Source: a virus
Lineage: Duplodnaviria; Caudoviricetes
Virus record (IMG/VR): IMGVR_UViG_3300017785_007220
Coordinates: 1 to 32,623 of that record
Strand: one strand, 5' to 3'
Length of the DNA: 32,623 bases
A model generated the notes under the pieces. The model saw only the letters and a program-made list of their open reading frames with translations, was not told where the DNA came from and did no database searches. How positions within the stretch are numbered: the stretch's first letter is position 1; every line of letters starts with the position of its first letter. Positions 10,226-18,335 of the stretch are shown one piece after another. The position numbers and the translations under genes were made by a program.

Positions 10226-10635
10226 TGGCTGTTACGGCACTTCCGATTTTCGCGCAAACGCCGGTCTTTACGGTTGGCGCGACGGTGACCACGGCGAACA
10301 CCGCAAAAGATGGCACGGGCACGGTGGTGCTGCTGTATACCGCTGGCGCGAACGGCAGTCGCGTTGACAACATCAAGGTGCGAAGCACGGGCACAGCGGT
10401 TGCCACGGTCATCCGCATCTTCGTCAACAACGGCGCGGTCAATTCAACGGCGACCAATAACTCGCTGTATGTCGAAGCGACCATTGCGGCGACGACGTTG
10501 TCGGAAGTGGCGGCGCTGGCAGACAACGTGATCGCGATGAACCTCTCGCTCCCAGCGACGTATCGTGTGTATGCCACGATTGGCACGACGGTCGCGACGG
10601 CGCTGCAAGTGTCTGCGGCAGGTGGCGATTACTAA
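10225..10635 (+). CDS. Small beta-rich virion/tail-associated protein, 136 aa
   Basis: Thr/Ala/Val-rich; TAATG-coupled within the tail cluster; GGAGG upstream. Confidence 0.6.
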   Translation: MAVTALPIFAQTPVFTVGATVTTANTAKDGTGTVVLLYTAGANGSRVDNIKVRSTGTAVATVIRIFVNNGAVNSTATNNSLYVEATIAATTLSEVAALADNVIAMNLSLPATYRVYATIGTTVATALQVSAAGGDY

Positions 10636-10835
10636 TGGCGGCGTTTAGCAGCCCCGCGATTGCGTTGCCGTCCACGGTCGTGGTGCCGAACAACGAGACC
10701 GTTGGTGGCACGTTGGCGGTGACGGGGGCGACGACGTTGTCCTCGACGGCCACGGTGACCGGCCTGCTGACACCCACGGGCGGCATGAAGACGCCAGTGA
10801 ACCTCTATCTGTACGCCACGTCTGGAGGCTTTTGA
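10635..10835 (+). CDS. Short tail-fibre shaft-like protein, 66 aa, paralogous to the C-terminus of 9377..10225
   Basis: NETVGGTLAVTGATTLSST...GGMKTPVNLYLYATSGGF versus NETVGGTLLVTGGIKTPLNVYLDTMFGGF. Confidence 0.6.
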   Translation: MAAFSSPAIALPSTVVVPNNETVGGTLAVTGATTLSSTATVTGLLTPTGGMKTPVNLYLYATSGGF

Positions 10836-11191
10836 TGCCGGTGTTTGGCACACCCGCGTTTGTCGTGCCCGCGCTCCATACTGAGGTGAACAACGGGAGT
10901 AGCGGGACGGCAATCACGATTAACTTTGCCTTGAGTGGTTCCCTGCAACGGGTCACGCGGAATGGGAACGCCACCTATACGCTGATACCGCCTGCGGAGC
11001 CGGGCACGGTCATTCTGAAGTGTGTGCATGACACCACGGCCACGGTGTATACGGTGACGTATGCGCCTGCGGTGAAGAATCCTGGAGGTACCGCGTTTAC
11101 CTTCACGAACACGGCGTCCGCAATTGATATCGTCACGTTCTACTGGGACGGCACGTTTTTCTACGCCGTAGGACAAGCGAACTTCTCGTGA
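10832..11191 (+). CDS. Tail-fibre-associated protein, 119 aa
   Basis: C-terminal TNTASAIDIVTFYWDGTFFY motif resembles phage fibre modules; overlaps both neighbours. The start may be the ATG at 10835. Confidence 0.6.
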   Translation: MMPVFGTPAFVVPALHTEVNNGSSGTAITINFALSGSLQRVTRNGNATYTLIPPAEPGTVILKCVHDTTATVYTVTYAPAVKNPGGTAFTFTNTASAIDIVTFYWDGTFFYAVGQANFS

Positions 11192-11976
11192 TTTTCAATG
11201 GGCTACCGGGGTTCTGGGGGACGAAGTTCTCCGCGACGGGCGGCACGATCACGACGTCGGGTGGCTACACTATTCACACGTTCACCACGGTGGGCACGAC
11301 GAACTTTGTGACGACGGGCGCGACCGGGTCGGTCAACTATTTGTGCGTGGCTGGCGGCGCTGGCGGTGGCAAAGACACAGGGGGGGGAGGCGGCGCTGGA
11401 GGGTATTTGACGGGGACAGATAGCGTCAGTCCCGCCACGTATCCTGTCATTGTGGGTGCGGGCGGCGGCTCTCTCACGAACGGCGGCGCGTCGAGCTTTA
11501 ATGCACATGCCTGCGTCGGTGGTGGGACAGGCGCAGATGGCGACAGCTCGAATGGTCAGAACGGCGGATCGGGCGGTGGCGCTGGCTGGTTTTATGTCGC
11601 AGCCGGGACGGGCACTGGTGGTCAAGGGACCAACGGTGGACTGGGCAATGCGCTGTATGCGGGCGGCGGTGGCGGGGGATCGACTGGCGCTGGAGGCAAC
11701 GCTCCCAGTGGAGTCGTGGGAGGGAACGGTGGAGCTGGCACCGCCTCCTCAATCTCTGGCTCGTCGCAAACCTATGCTGGAGGCGGCGGGGGCGGCTGTC
11801 AGCCTGCTGACACACCCGGAAGCGGAGGGTCAGGTGGCGGGGGCGCAGGGAGTGGGTCGGGGAATGGAGCGGCTGCGACGTATTATGGAAGCGGTGGTGG
11901 GAGTGGTGGAGACACCTTTATTGGCGGCGCGGGCTATCAAGGCATTGTGATCATTCGGTATTTGACACCCGTCTAA
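11188..11976 (+). CDS. Glycine-rich tail fibre tip/adhesin-like protein, 262 aa
   Basis: ATGGTITTSGGYTIHTFT...YLCVAGGAGGG...GGGGGAGG...GYQGIVIIRY, the common phage glycine-rich domain pattern. Confidence 0.75.
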   Translation: MIFNGLPGFWGTKFSATGGTITTSGGYTIHTFTTVGTTNFVTTGATGSVNYLCVAGGAGGGKDTGGGGGAGGYLTGTDSVSPATYPVIVGAGGGSLTNGGASSFNAHACVGGGTGADGDSSNGQNGGSGGGAGWFYVAAGTGTGGQGTNGGLGNALYAGGGGGGSTGAGGNAPSGVVGGNGGAGTASSISGSSQTYAGGGGGGCQPADTPGSGGSGGGGAGSGSGNGAAATYYGSGGGSGGDTFIGGAGYQGIVIIRYLTPV

Positions 11977-12221
11977 TGGACGACCACCAGCGACTCCTCG
12001 ATGAACGGCACACCGCCGTGATGGCCGCGATTGCCGGGCTGGCCTTGCGACTTGATATCTTGAACGGCAAAACGCGGGCGTCCGAACTCGCGATTGCGGG
12101 CATCGCGGTCTTTGAAGATGGCAGCACGGGCGCGTTCACGCGCTGCCCACCAGCGCTCACGGAAGGCACCTATATAGATGCGTGTCTCGCCGTCAAAACC
12201 CGCTACGCGAAGGGGTTCTAG
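11976..12221 (+). CDS. Chimeric 81-aa ORF: first 41 aa duplicate the downstream holin-like gene, with an unrelated C-terminus (YIDACLAVKTRYAK)
   Basis: 124-bp near-identical repeat shared with 12221..12344; coupled by TAATG and TAGTG overlaps. Confidence 0.5.
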   Translation: MDDHQRLLDERHTAVMAAIAGLALRLDILNGKTRASELAIAGIAVFEDGSTGAFTRCPPALTEGTYIDACLAVKTRYAKGF

Positions 12222-12344
12222 TGGATGATCATCAGCGCCTTTTGGATGAACGGCACACCGCCGTGATGGCCGCGATTGCCGGGCTGGCCTTGCGACTCGA
12301 TGCCTTGAACGGCAAAACGCGGGCGTCCGAACTCGCGATTGCGG
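11976..12344 (+). repeat. Direct repeat, 2 x 124 bp (11976..12099 and 12221..12344)
   Basis: The copies differ mainly at synonymous positions in the first 8 codons plus 3 nt in the middle; the rest is identical. Confidence 0.9.
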
Positions 12345-12436
12345 TGCTGTCTGATCGCAGTGGCCGCACCAATGCCGTGTCGATTAGCGCGTTGTCTGCC
12401 GTGGTTGTTGCCGCGATCTACTGGGCGATGAAGTGA
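12221..12436 (+). CDS. Holin-like/membrane-anchored protein, 71 aa (GTG start)
   Basis: Coiled-coil N-terminus and one C-terminal hydrophobic helix (AVSISALSAVVVAAIYWAMK), directly upstream of the lysin. Confidence 0.55.
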   Translation: MDDHQRLLDERHTAVMAAIAGLALRLDALNGKTRASELAIAVLSDRSGRTNAVSISALSAVVVAAIYWAMK

Positions 12437-12888
12437 ACATCGACATGGTGCGCGATGATTGTACGGACCAGCGCACCTTCGGCACGATGACCTTTCCCGA
12501 TGGCTATGTCTGCCAGACACTGGAAGACGTGGTGCGCCCTGCTGGCGTCAAGTTCGCCCACGAGACGGCGATTCCATCGGGCACGTATCCCGTGACGGTG
12601 ACGATGAGTCGCCGATTCGGGAGACGGTTGCCCTTGATTGCGCCGGTGCCTGATTTTATCGGCATCAGAATCCATAGTGGGAACACCACGCAGGACACCG
12701 CTGGGTGTGTGCTAGTGGGGACACATCGAGGCCAGCGCGATGATCTGGTGGGGAGCCGCGCAGCGATGGCGGAAGTGCAGCAGCGCATTGCGGAGGCGCT
12801 GGTGAGTCCCACCGGCACCTGCACGATCACTATCGTGCAACCGACGGTCGAGACGACCGAGATTTTTCGGATTGAAGGAGCGCAATGA
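12433..12888 (+). CDS. DUF5675-family putative endolysin, 151 aa
   Basis: TLED...TAIPSGTY...LPLI..VPDFIGIRIHSGNTTQDTAGCVLVG signature (His...Cys motif); lies in the lysis position. Confidence 0.8.
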   Translation: MNIDMVRDDCTDQRTFGTMTFPDGYVCQTLEDVVRPAGVKFAHETAIPSGTYPVTVTMSRRFGRRLPLIAPVPDFIGIRIHSGNTTQDTAGCVLVGTHRGQRDDLVGSRAAMAEVQQRIAEALVSPTGTCTITIVQPTVETTEIFRIEGAQ

Positions 12889-14249
12889 AACCACTACTCG
12901 TCCTTGGAATGCCGCTGTTGTGGCTGAGTGTGGCCTGTGTGCCGAAGACGCCCGTCGTCGTGCCGCTGCAGACCACGGCGCTGGAGACACATATCGTGGT
13001 CAAGGGCGTCGATGGGCGTGACGTGGAACACATCACGGGCCGTCTGGTCCGATTTGATAGCCAGCCAGACGTGGTGTGTGTGCCGATGTCCTCGGTCATG
13101 CTGACCTGCGCGGTGCCGAGCGATCTGGACTATGGGGCGCTGTTCACCGGCCATTTCGGGGGCGACGGCTACGGGGAGCTGGTGGAAGTGATTACCGCTG
13201 CGCCAGACGTGAATATCGCAGGGTTGCCATTGCTGGACCCCCCGTTGATGGACAAGACCGCACTGATCCACGGGTTTCAAGGGAATTTTAATTTCAAGCT
13301 CCCTAACTGCGACCTGCACCTTGATAATGCGTTTGATCCGTACGGGCTGTGGATGTGGATTAATCGCCCCGACTGCTTCCGTCAATGGCTCGACGCTCAC
13401 GCGCAGCGCGGCGACAACGTCGTGGCTGTGGACCCGCGCAGCGGCTATCACGGCTATCAGGATGTGGACATCTGGCATGACCCCTCACGGTTCGCCGCGT
13501 TCCTCCGAGAGATTCGCCAGACGACGAACGTGCGCGGGGAGTCGCTGCGGGCATTGGTGGTCTTCGGGGCTGACGGGCACATCGATGATATGACCGCGCC
13601 GGGGGCGCTCGACCACTGGAAGCAGGATGTGTCGGCGCTGGCGGCGGTGGCCCGTGACTGGATCGATGTGACGGTGCCGTGTTGGGAGTGTCGGCACCGA
13701 GGCGGCAGCGAGGGGCTGGGCTTCGCGGAAGTGAGCGCGGCGACCTACTACGAGATGGCCGCGTGGCTCGTCCAGCAGTTCCCACAGGCGGTGCATGGGA
13801 TTCACTTGATCGAGAACAGCAGTTCGCCTTCTTCGTGGCCCTGTGCCGACTGTGTGCCGCCTGCGGATGCGGCGGACCCCGCGCACGGCAACGAGATCGA
13901 AGGCTGGACGTATATGCTCAGCCGTGGGATCGCGGATGTGTTTTTGTTCCAAGTGCTGAGCGGCGACCCCTATGTCAGAATGGACGCCTATCCCCCCGGA
14001 CAAGGGTCGATTGAGCGCGTGATTGAAGTGTGCGTCCGGCTCTGTGATGACCCAGTCGCCGAGCAGACGCGGGCGCAGATGAACGAGAACCGGCACGGCT
14101 GGCCGGCGGTTCCGGTCCTTTGGTGGGAATTCGTGTACGACTACTATTGGAATAAAGGGCCGGATGACGCCATGCAAGTGCGGCGGTGCCAGCAGTTCCT
14201 CGACGTCGGGGGCTGGGGCTGCGGCTCGGCGTCCTACCGGCGACCGTAA
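12885..14249 (+). CDS. Predicted lipoprotein, 454 aa, possible glycoside-hydrolase-like (TIM barrel) domain
   Basis: Signal peptide MKPLLVLGMPLLWLSVA-C (lipobox-like); GAAGGAG RBS; ATGA coupling; Trp/Asp/His-rich alpha/beta C-terminal region. The fold is a guess. Confidence 0.55.
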   Translation: MKPLLVLGMPLLWLSVACVPKTPVVVPLQTTALETHIVVKGVDGRDVEHITGRLVRFDSQPDVVCVPMSSVMLTCAVPSDLDYGALFTGHFGGDGYGELVEVITAAPDVNIAGLPLLDPPLMDKTALIHGFQGNFNFKLPNCDLHLDNAFDPYGLWMWINRPDCFRQWLDAHAQRGDNVVAVDPRSGYHGYQDVDIWHDPSRFAAFLREIRQTTNVRGESLRALVVFGADGHIDDMTAPGALDHWKQDVSALAAVARDWIDVTVPCWECRHRGGSEGLGFAEVSAATYYEMAAWLVQQFPQAVHGIHLIENSSSPSSWPCADCVPPADAADPAHGNEIEGWTYMLSRGIADVFLFQVLSGDPYVRMDAYPPGQGSIERVIEVCVRLCDDPVAEQTRAQMNENRHGWPAVPVLWWEFVYDYYWNKGPDDAMQVRRCQQFLDVGGWGCGSASYRRP

Positions 14250-14269
14250 CCTATGTGAGTGAAGGAGAC

Positions 14270-14449
14270 ATGATGAAGAAAAGCCTATTCACCTCTCGGA
14301 CCTTTTGGGCCAACATTCTCGGCGGGATTGCCGTCGTCGGCAGCGGCCAGCTCGGGATTACAATTCCTCACGCCACAGAGATTCTCGCAGTCGCGAACGT
14401 GCTACTGCGGATCGTCACTGTGCGCGGTGTGTATCTCCCCGGTCGATAA
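14270..14449 (+). CDS. Small holin-like membrane protein, 59 aa
   Basis: GAAGGAG RBS, then MMKKSLFTSRTFWANILGGIAVV...ILAVANVLLRIVT with two hydrophobic segments, a common phage small membrane-protein pattern. Confidence 0.65.
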   Translation: MMKKSLFTSRTFWANILGGIAVVGSGQLGITIPHATEILAVANVLLRIVTVRGVYLPGR

Positions 14450-14451
14450 CG

Positions 14452-15081
14452 ATGCGACACCGCGCCTTCTTACTCCTCCTTATCGTCATCACCGTGGTCG
14501 CGGTGTGGGCGTCCGCGCAATCGCCGTTGCCTCCGGGAGTGCAGATCTGCACGGGCGCGTATGCGCTGTGTGCCTCCTCGACGTGTACGCCGGTGCTCAA
14601 CGCAGACGGCAGTCCGAAGCTGATCACCGTCAACGTGCAGGGCGGCGGGACGGCGCAGTATCCTGAGATGTCCTGCACCTGTCCGATCAAGACGGGACCA
14701 GCCATTGCGGACGTACAGGGCGGCAACATGAAGGGCAGTTGCATCCCGCCCGGCAAGCATCAGGTCTGGAGCTTCTTCTCGGTCGCCGAGCATCTGCCGC
14801 AAGCCATGAATCAGTGGTCGAGGCTCCCGGCCAAGACCAAGGTGACGCCGCAGCAGTGTGGAGCGGACCTGAACCTCGGGGCGACGTTTGCCAACTGCTT
14901 CAGCTTCGCCTGCACTGAGACCACGTCGGTCAACGGGGTGCGACTAGCGGATTGCCGCTGTCCGGCGGGTGAGAATCTGGCCGGTGGACCCGTGGCCCCG
15001 GCCACGGCGTTCTCAATGTCAGCGGGTCAGGGCGACCCGACCTATTGCGGGCAGCATCCCGTCGGCGCACCGACGCCGTAA
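14452..15081 (+). CDS. Secreted cysteine-rich protein, 209 aa (12 Cys)
   Basis: Classical signal peptide MRHRAFLLLLIVITVVAVWASA-Q; ATG 2 nt after the previous stop. Confidence 0.7.
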   Translation: MRHRAFLLLLIVITVVAVWASAQSPLPPGVQICTGAYALCASSTCTPVLNADGSPKLITVNVQGGGTAQYPEMSCTCPIKTGPAIADVQGGNMKGSCIPPGKHQVWSFFSVAEHLPQAMNQWSRLPAKTKVTPQQCGADLNLGATFANCFSFACTETTSVNGVRLADCRCPAGENLAGGPVAPATAFSMSAGQGDPTYCGQHPVGAPTP

Positions 15082-15083
15082 CT

Positions 15084-15162
15084 TCTCTGTGCCTGCGTCA
15101 GCGATAGCCCCCCCTGTCGCTGGTGGCAATCCTGTCACGCTGAGAAGCCGCAGGCACAGAGA
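15084..15162. terminator. Long stem-loop at the convergence of the late and early arms
   Basis: Perfect 14-bp inverted repeat tctctgtgcctgcg (15084-97) / cgcaggcacagaga (15149-62), with inner tcagcg/cgctga pairing. No clear U-tract. Confidence 0.5.
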
Positions 15163-15286
15163 CTGCTACGGGCACGGGCACGGGCCAGCTATAGGAGCAG
15201 GTCTGGCAGTAGTATTCGCGCCGTCTCGCTGTCACGATTTCCTCGGTCTGGGTGTCTGTGCACTTGGGGCAGTCAGGGATTAGCAT
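15098..15286 (-). CDS. Small zinc-ribbon protein, 62 aa
   Basis: MLIPDCPKC...YYCQTCSYSW, two CxxC; the start overlaps the upstream stop. Confidence 0.55.
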   Translation of the reverse strand: MLIPDCPKCTDTQTEEIVTARRREYYCQTCSYSWPVPVPVAVSVPAASQRDRIATSDRGGYR

Positions 15287-15600
15287 CCCGTCACCGGACG
15301 ATAGTGGGCGCACCAGCTCTCACGGCCCCACCCCCGTCCCGGCCCGCGCATCCGCTCGACACGCCGCTGCCGCAGCAGCCTGGTGACGCCGCGCTGGACG
15401 GTCTTCCATGGAAGGTTGATGCGCTCAGCGATATGACGGCTGGACGCCATCTGGCCGTGGAAGGCGCGGTAGACCGTCGCCGTGAGGTCGCCGTAGTGTA
15501 GTGCTGGGAGCGCCACATAGACCGGGAGGACCGGCAGGACCGGCGCGGGCACGTCGCGCCATGAGCGGCCAGACCAACTCACCACGTACTCGTGGTTCAT
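15280..15600 (-). CDS. Winged-HTH DNA-binding protein, 106 aa
   Basis: SSRHIAERINLPWKTVQRGVTRLLRQRRVER HTH pattern; ATGA overlap. Confidence 0.6.
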   Translation of the reverse strand: MNHEYVVSWSGRSWRDVPAPVLPVLPVYVALPALHYGDLTATVYRAFHGQMASSRHIAERINLPWKTVQRGVTRLLRQRRVERMRGPGRGWGRESWCAHYRPVTGC

Positions 15601-15923
15601 ACCTCGCCCCCCGCTTGCTCATAGGTGCCACTCCGGCCACCACGCCCACGAATGGTCGTGATGATGCGTCCGTTGCCGAGCAAGTTGCGGATCGCGCCGC
15701 GCACTTGGTCTGAGGTGTAGCGGGTGCGAGCGCAGAGGACGCCGATGGTGACAGCCCCGCCCTCGAAGGCCGCGAGCACGTCGTGGACATATTCCCCGTG
15801 ATTCCGGTGCGGTCGGACGGGCGCAGGGCGCGTCCGTGTTCGAGCGAGATATTCCTGTATCCGCTGCGGTCGCGGGTAGAGACAGAAGGTCGCTTCGTTC
15901 GCGGGCAATGGGCAGCGCGTCAT
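15597..15923 (-). CDS. Winged-HTH DNA-binding protein, 108 aa
   Basis: VTIGVLCARTRYTSDQVRGAIRNLLGNGRI HTH pattern; the ATG at 15923 overlaps the upstream TGA. Confidence 0.55.
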   Translation of the reverse strand: MTRCPLPANEATFCLYPRPQRIQEYLARTRTRPAPVRPHRNHGEYVHDVLAAFEGGAVTIGVLCARTRYTSDQVRGAIRNLLGNGRIITTIRGRGGRSGTYEQAGGEV

Positions 15924-16201
15924 GATGACCCCGGCCCCGGCATCAGGACGGCATGGAGCGCCGCGTCCACTGAGCGCACAACCTCCCACGGGGCCTGCTG
16001 GAGGGCTTGCACGGCGCTGAGACGGGCCGTGAGGCCGCTCTTCACTTCAAGGGGCACCCAGTAGAGGCCGTTCAAGCACAGGAGGTCTGGGAGTCCCCTG
16101 CCGCTGATCTGCCAGACCGTAATCCCGCGTGACCGGAGCGCCTCGATGATCGCCGGTTCGATGGCATCTCGACGTTTCCCGGCCCCGCCTTTTCTAAACA
16201 T
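15920..16201 (-). CDS. VRR-NUC-like/PD-(D/E)xK nuclease (putative Holliday junction resolvase), 93 aa
   Basis: RD..E..II..LR..G..V...GLPDLL....WVPLEVKS..ARLSAVQ. Confidence 0.8.
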   Translation of the reverse strand: MFRKGGAGKRRDAIEPAIIEALRSRGITVWQISGRGLPDLLCLNGLYWVPLEVKSGLTARLSAVQALQQAPWEVVRSVDAALHAVLMPGPGSS

Positions 16202-16400
16202 CAGCCACCCTCACGAGCGCCCGTATCCGTGCGAGACGCGCCTCTTCACGCGGCGAGTCGTACAGGACGAGCGCCACCGCAGGGACGCAGTCCCAGCACC
16301 AGCCGTAGCCGTGCGGGGCGCGATCCGGATTCCACTTGCGGGATGTGCGGCGATGGCATGCCGGGCAGATCAACTGCTTGATGCCCTCTCTGTTACTCAC
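16194..16400 (-). CDS. Small zinc-finger protein, about 68 aa
   Basis: CPAC...CWDC; GTG at 16400 overlaps the upstream stop. Confidence 0.5.
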   Translation of the reverse strand: MSNREGIKQLICPACHRRTSRKWNPDRAPHGYGWCWDCVPAVALVLYDSPREEARLARIRALVRVADV

Positions 16401-16953
16401 AGCGATAGACCTCAGTTTGCGCCCGCATCCCATGCGGGAAGGCCAGTGGGCCGCACGTGAAGCTCTTCTCCTCGTAGACCACCCGGTCAGTCGGCTGGAT
16501 GGTCAGCCGTCCATTGTCCAGCGCGAGAACATGCAATTCCTTGGCTTGCTCCGGCTGGGCCGAGAACCCGTCACCGACCGGCGCAATCGAGAACAGATAC
16601 CGACCCTTGGATGTGGTCGCTCCGGTCTTGGCGAGGCATCGCAGTCCGGCGAGATACGGATACTCCACCGTCGAGAAGTCGGTGCCATAGCAATCCCACT
16701 TCTGCGCGTCCTGCGCTGTCCAACGAGCATAGGGGACCGGATAGAACGCCAGTGCGTGAGGCGGGAGATTGCGATAGACCGCGCCACTCTCTAACAGGAT
16801 CGTGCAGCCCCACATCCGACCCGGTGTGGAGACGAGTCCAAACCAAACCGCTGGCTGATACCGAGCCGGGTACGCTGCCGTGCGCCCGGTAAACTCGGTG
16901 TCCACGAACACGTAGAGATGTCTGGGGAGTGCGCCGATCAGTGAAGACGTCAT
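16393..16953 (-). CDS. Conserved phage protein of unknown function, 186 aa
   Basis: Globular protein with VWFGL.S.PGR.W...LLESGAVYRNLPPHAL, WDCYG and LDNGRLTIQPTDRV motifs; ATG 4 nt after the upstream stop. Confidence 0.65.
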   Translation of the reverse strand: MTSSLIGALPRHLYVFVDTEFTGRTAAYPARYQPAVWFGLVSTPGRMWGCTILLESGAVYRNLPPHALAFYPVPYARWTAQDAQKWDCYGTDFSTVEYPYLAGLRCLAKTGATTSKGRYLFSIAPVGDGFSAQPEQAKELHVLALDNGRLTIQPTDRVVYEEKSFTCGPLAFPHGMRAQTEVYRCE

Positions 16954-16957
16954 ACGG

Positions 16958-17785
16958 TCAGCCACGATCTGACACACGCGACTCGAGTGATAAGGTGGGA
17001 TAGCGGTCCACCAGTGGACGATACATGATGTGCTTCAGGCGGCGTCCACTCAGGAACGTATTCCACGCGATAATCGTCCACGCCATCGTGATCGTCGAAC
17101 TGGCGCGGCGTCCCATGGCACGTCGATTGACCAAGAGTAACTCTCGGAGCATACGGACTGGGTCATACGTGTCGATGGAGAGACCGGTTTGCAACTGCTC
17201 AAAGAACGGACGTCCCTCAGGATGCTCACGCACGAGAAACGCAAAGGTTGTTAAGACGGACACATGTCCCAGTTTGCAGGCGGTGGCGCTCTTCGACGCC
17301 GCCTCTAAGGCCGGTCCGTGTTCAATGATGTATTCCAGCATCTCCTGTGCGGAGAACCCAGACTTTTGCAGAGACACGCGACCGGTGGACGCATACTGCC
17401 GTGCGCGACGTGCCGCAGAGACGACGGTGCTGATGTAGGCATGACCACGCATTTCCAAGAGATGCGGCACCGTCCGCATCATGCCCTGGTCAATCGTCAC
17501 GAACGCCGACGGGTGGACGCCACGGGCGACTAACACGGGGAGGGTGACATTGGCCTGCACCATGGCATGCAGCCGGTGCTGCCCATCGAGGAGCGTCGTG
17601 CCGTGCAGCACCACCGCCGCGCCGTTTTCCTGCCACCGCCCCTCAACCATGTCTTTCGCATACTGCGCGACCTTGCGGCTATCGATATGTCGTTGCCGAA
17701 TGACGGCATCAGCTTGCGCGTCGAGAATGGTCTGCGCGTAGGTCGGGGTGATGAACTCGGTCTGATACGTAATCATGGAAGACAT
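16958..17785 (-). CDS. ParB/Srx-superfamily (DGQHR) domain protein, 275 aa
   Basis: ITP..A..IL...R.I....V..YAKDM..GRW..NG.....LLDGQHRL.A; AGGAG RBS. Confidence 0.75.
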   Translation of the reverse strand: MSSMITYQTEFITPTYAQTILDAQADAVIRQRHIDSRKVAQYAKDMVEGRWQENGAAVVLHGTTLLDGQHRLHAMVQANVTLPVLVARGVHPSAFVTIDQGMMRTVPHLLEMRGHAYISTVVSAARRARQYASTGRVSLQKSGFSAQEMLEYIIEHGPALEAASKSATACKLGHVSVLTTFAFLVREHPEGRPFFEQLQTGLSIDTYDPVRMLRELLLVNRRAMGRRASSTITMAWTIIAWNTFLSGRRLKHIMYRPLVDRYPTLSLESRVSDRG

Positions 17786-17815
17786 CTAGGACTCCTGTGT
17801 GATGGGGCGTGGCGA

Positions 17816-18157
17816 TCACGCCACGCGCTCAGTAAGTTGACGGGTGCCACAGGCCCAACGGGAGGCGCAGGGCGTCGAATGTGGACAGTCGTAGCGAATC
17901 CCGCCGACCGAGACGGCAGGCGCGACGGGGGCATACTCATCCTCCCAGCGCCCCCCATGCAGCCACGTCGCGGGATGGCAGTAGTCCTGATAGTCAGGCT
18001 TGTGCTGGATGTAGGCCGCGACGGCGTCCAGAATCGTCTGGGCGTCGGTCAGGCGACGGGCCTTGAGATAGGCCACCTGCGCGGAGTGCTTCGCCACCTT
18101 CCGGGGATACGCGGCCCAGAAGGCGACAAAGTCGCGGTCAGGCGTGGCGTTCGTCAT
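17816..18157 (-). CDS. Phage replication-initiator C-terminal-domain-like protein, 113 aa
   Basis: F..FW..YPRKVAK..A...Y.KA...HPATWL...RWEDE motif, normally found at the C-terminus of phage replication proteins. Confidence 0.7.
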   Translation of the reverse strand: MTNATPDRDFVAFWAAYPRKVAKHSAQVAYLKARRLTDAQTILDAVAAYIQHKPDYQDYCHPATWLHGGRWEDEYAPVAPAVSVGGIRYDCPHSTPCASRWACGTRQLTERVA

Positions 18158-18335
18158 AGCGCAACCCGAGGAAGGCCGTGTAGGCGTCCATCAGGGACAG
18201 CCAGACACGGGGGTGTCGATCTGCCGCCCCCGGTTGGGTGAGACGCGCCCCCCGCCGCAGCCCCGGTTCATCGGGCTGCGACAGGAGCGCCACGTAGGCG
18301 TCGTAACGATTAGAAGGGAATAGAGTCGTCGTCAT
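18138..18335 (-). CDS. Hypothetical protein, 65 aa
   Basis: Fills the gap between the SSB-like and initiator-like genes and overlaps both; ATG at 18335. Confidence 0.35.
   Translation of the reverse strand: MTTTLFPSNRYDAYVALLSQPDEPGLRRGARLTQPGAADRHPRVWLSLMDAYTAFLGLRYDERHA

Noticed and set aside
11976-12344. Diversity-generating retroelement TR/VR pair next to tail fibre genes
   Set aside because: Mismatches are mostly C/T synonymous changes rather than adenine-specific, the repeat is at gene 5' ends, and there is no reverse transcriptase in the window.
16958-17785. Dnd phosphorothioation system (DndB has DGQHR)
   Set aside because: No dndACDE-like genes; stand-alone DGQHR/ParB-like proteins are common in phages.
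17807-17826. 8-bp hairpin gcgtggcg-atca-cgccacgc as a terminator
   Set aside because: No U-tract on either strand, and short GC stems arise readily at this GC content.
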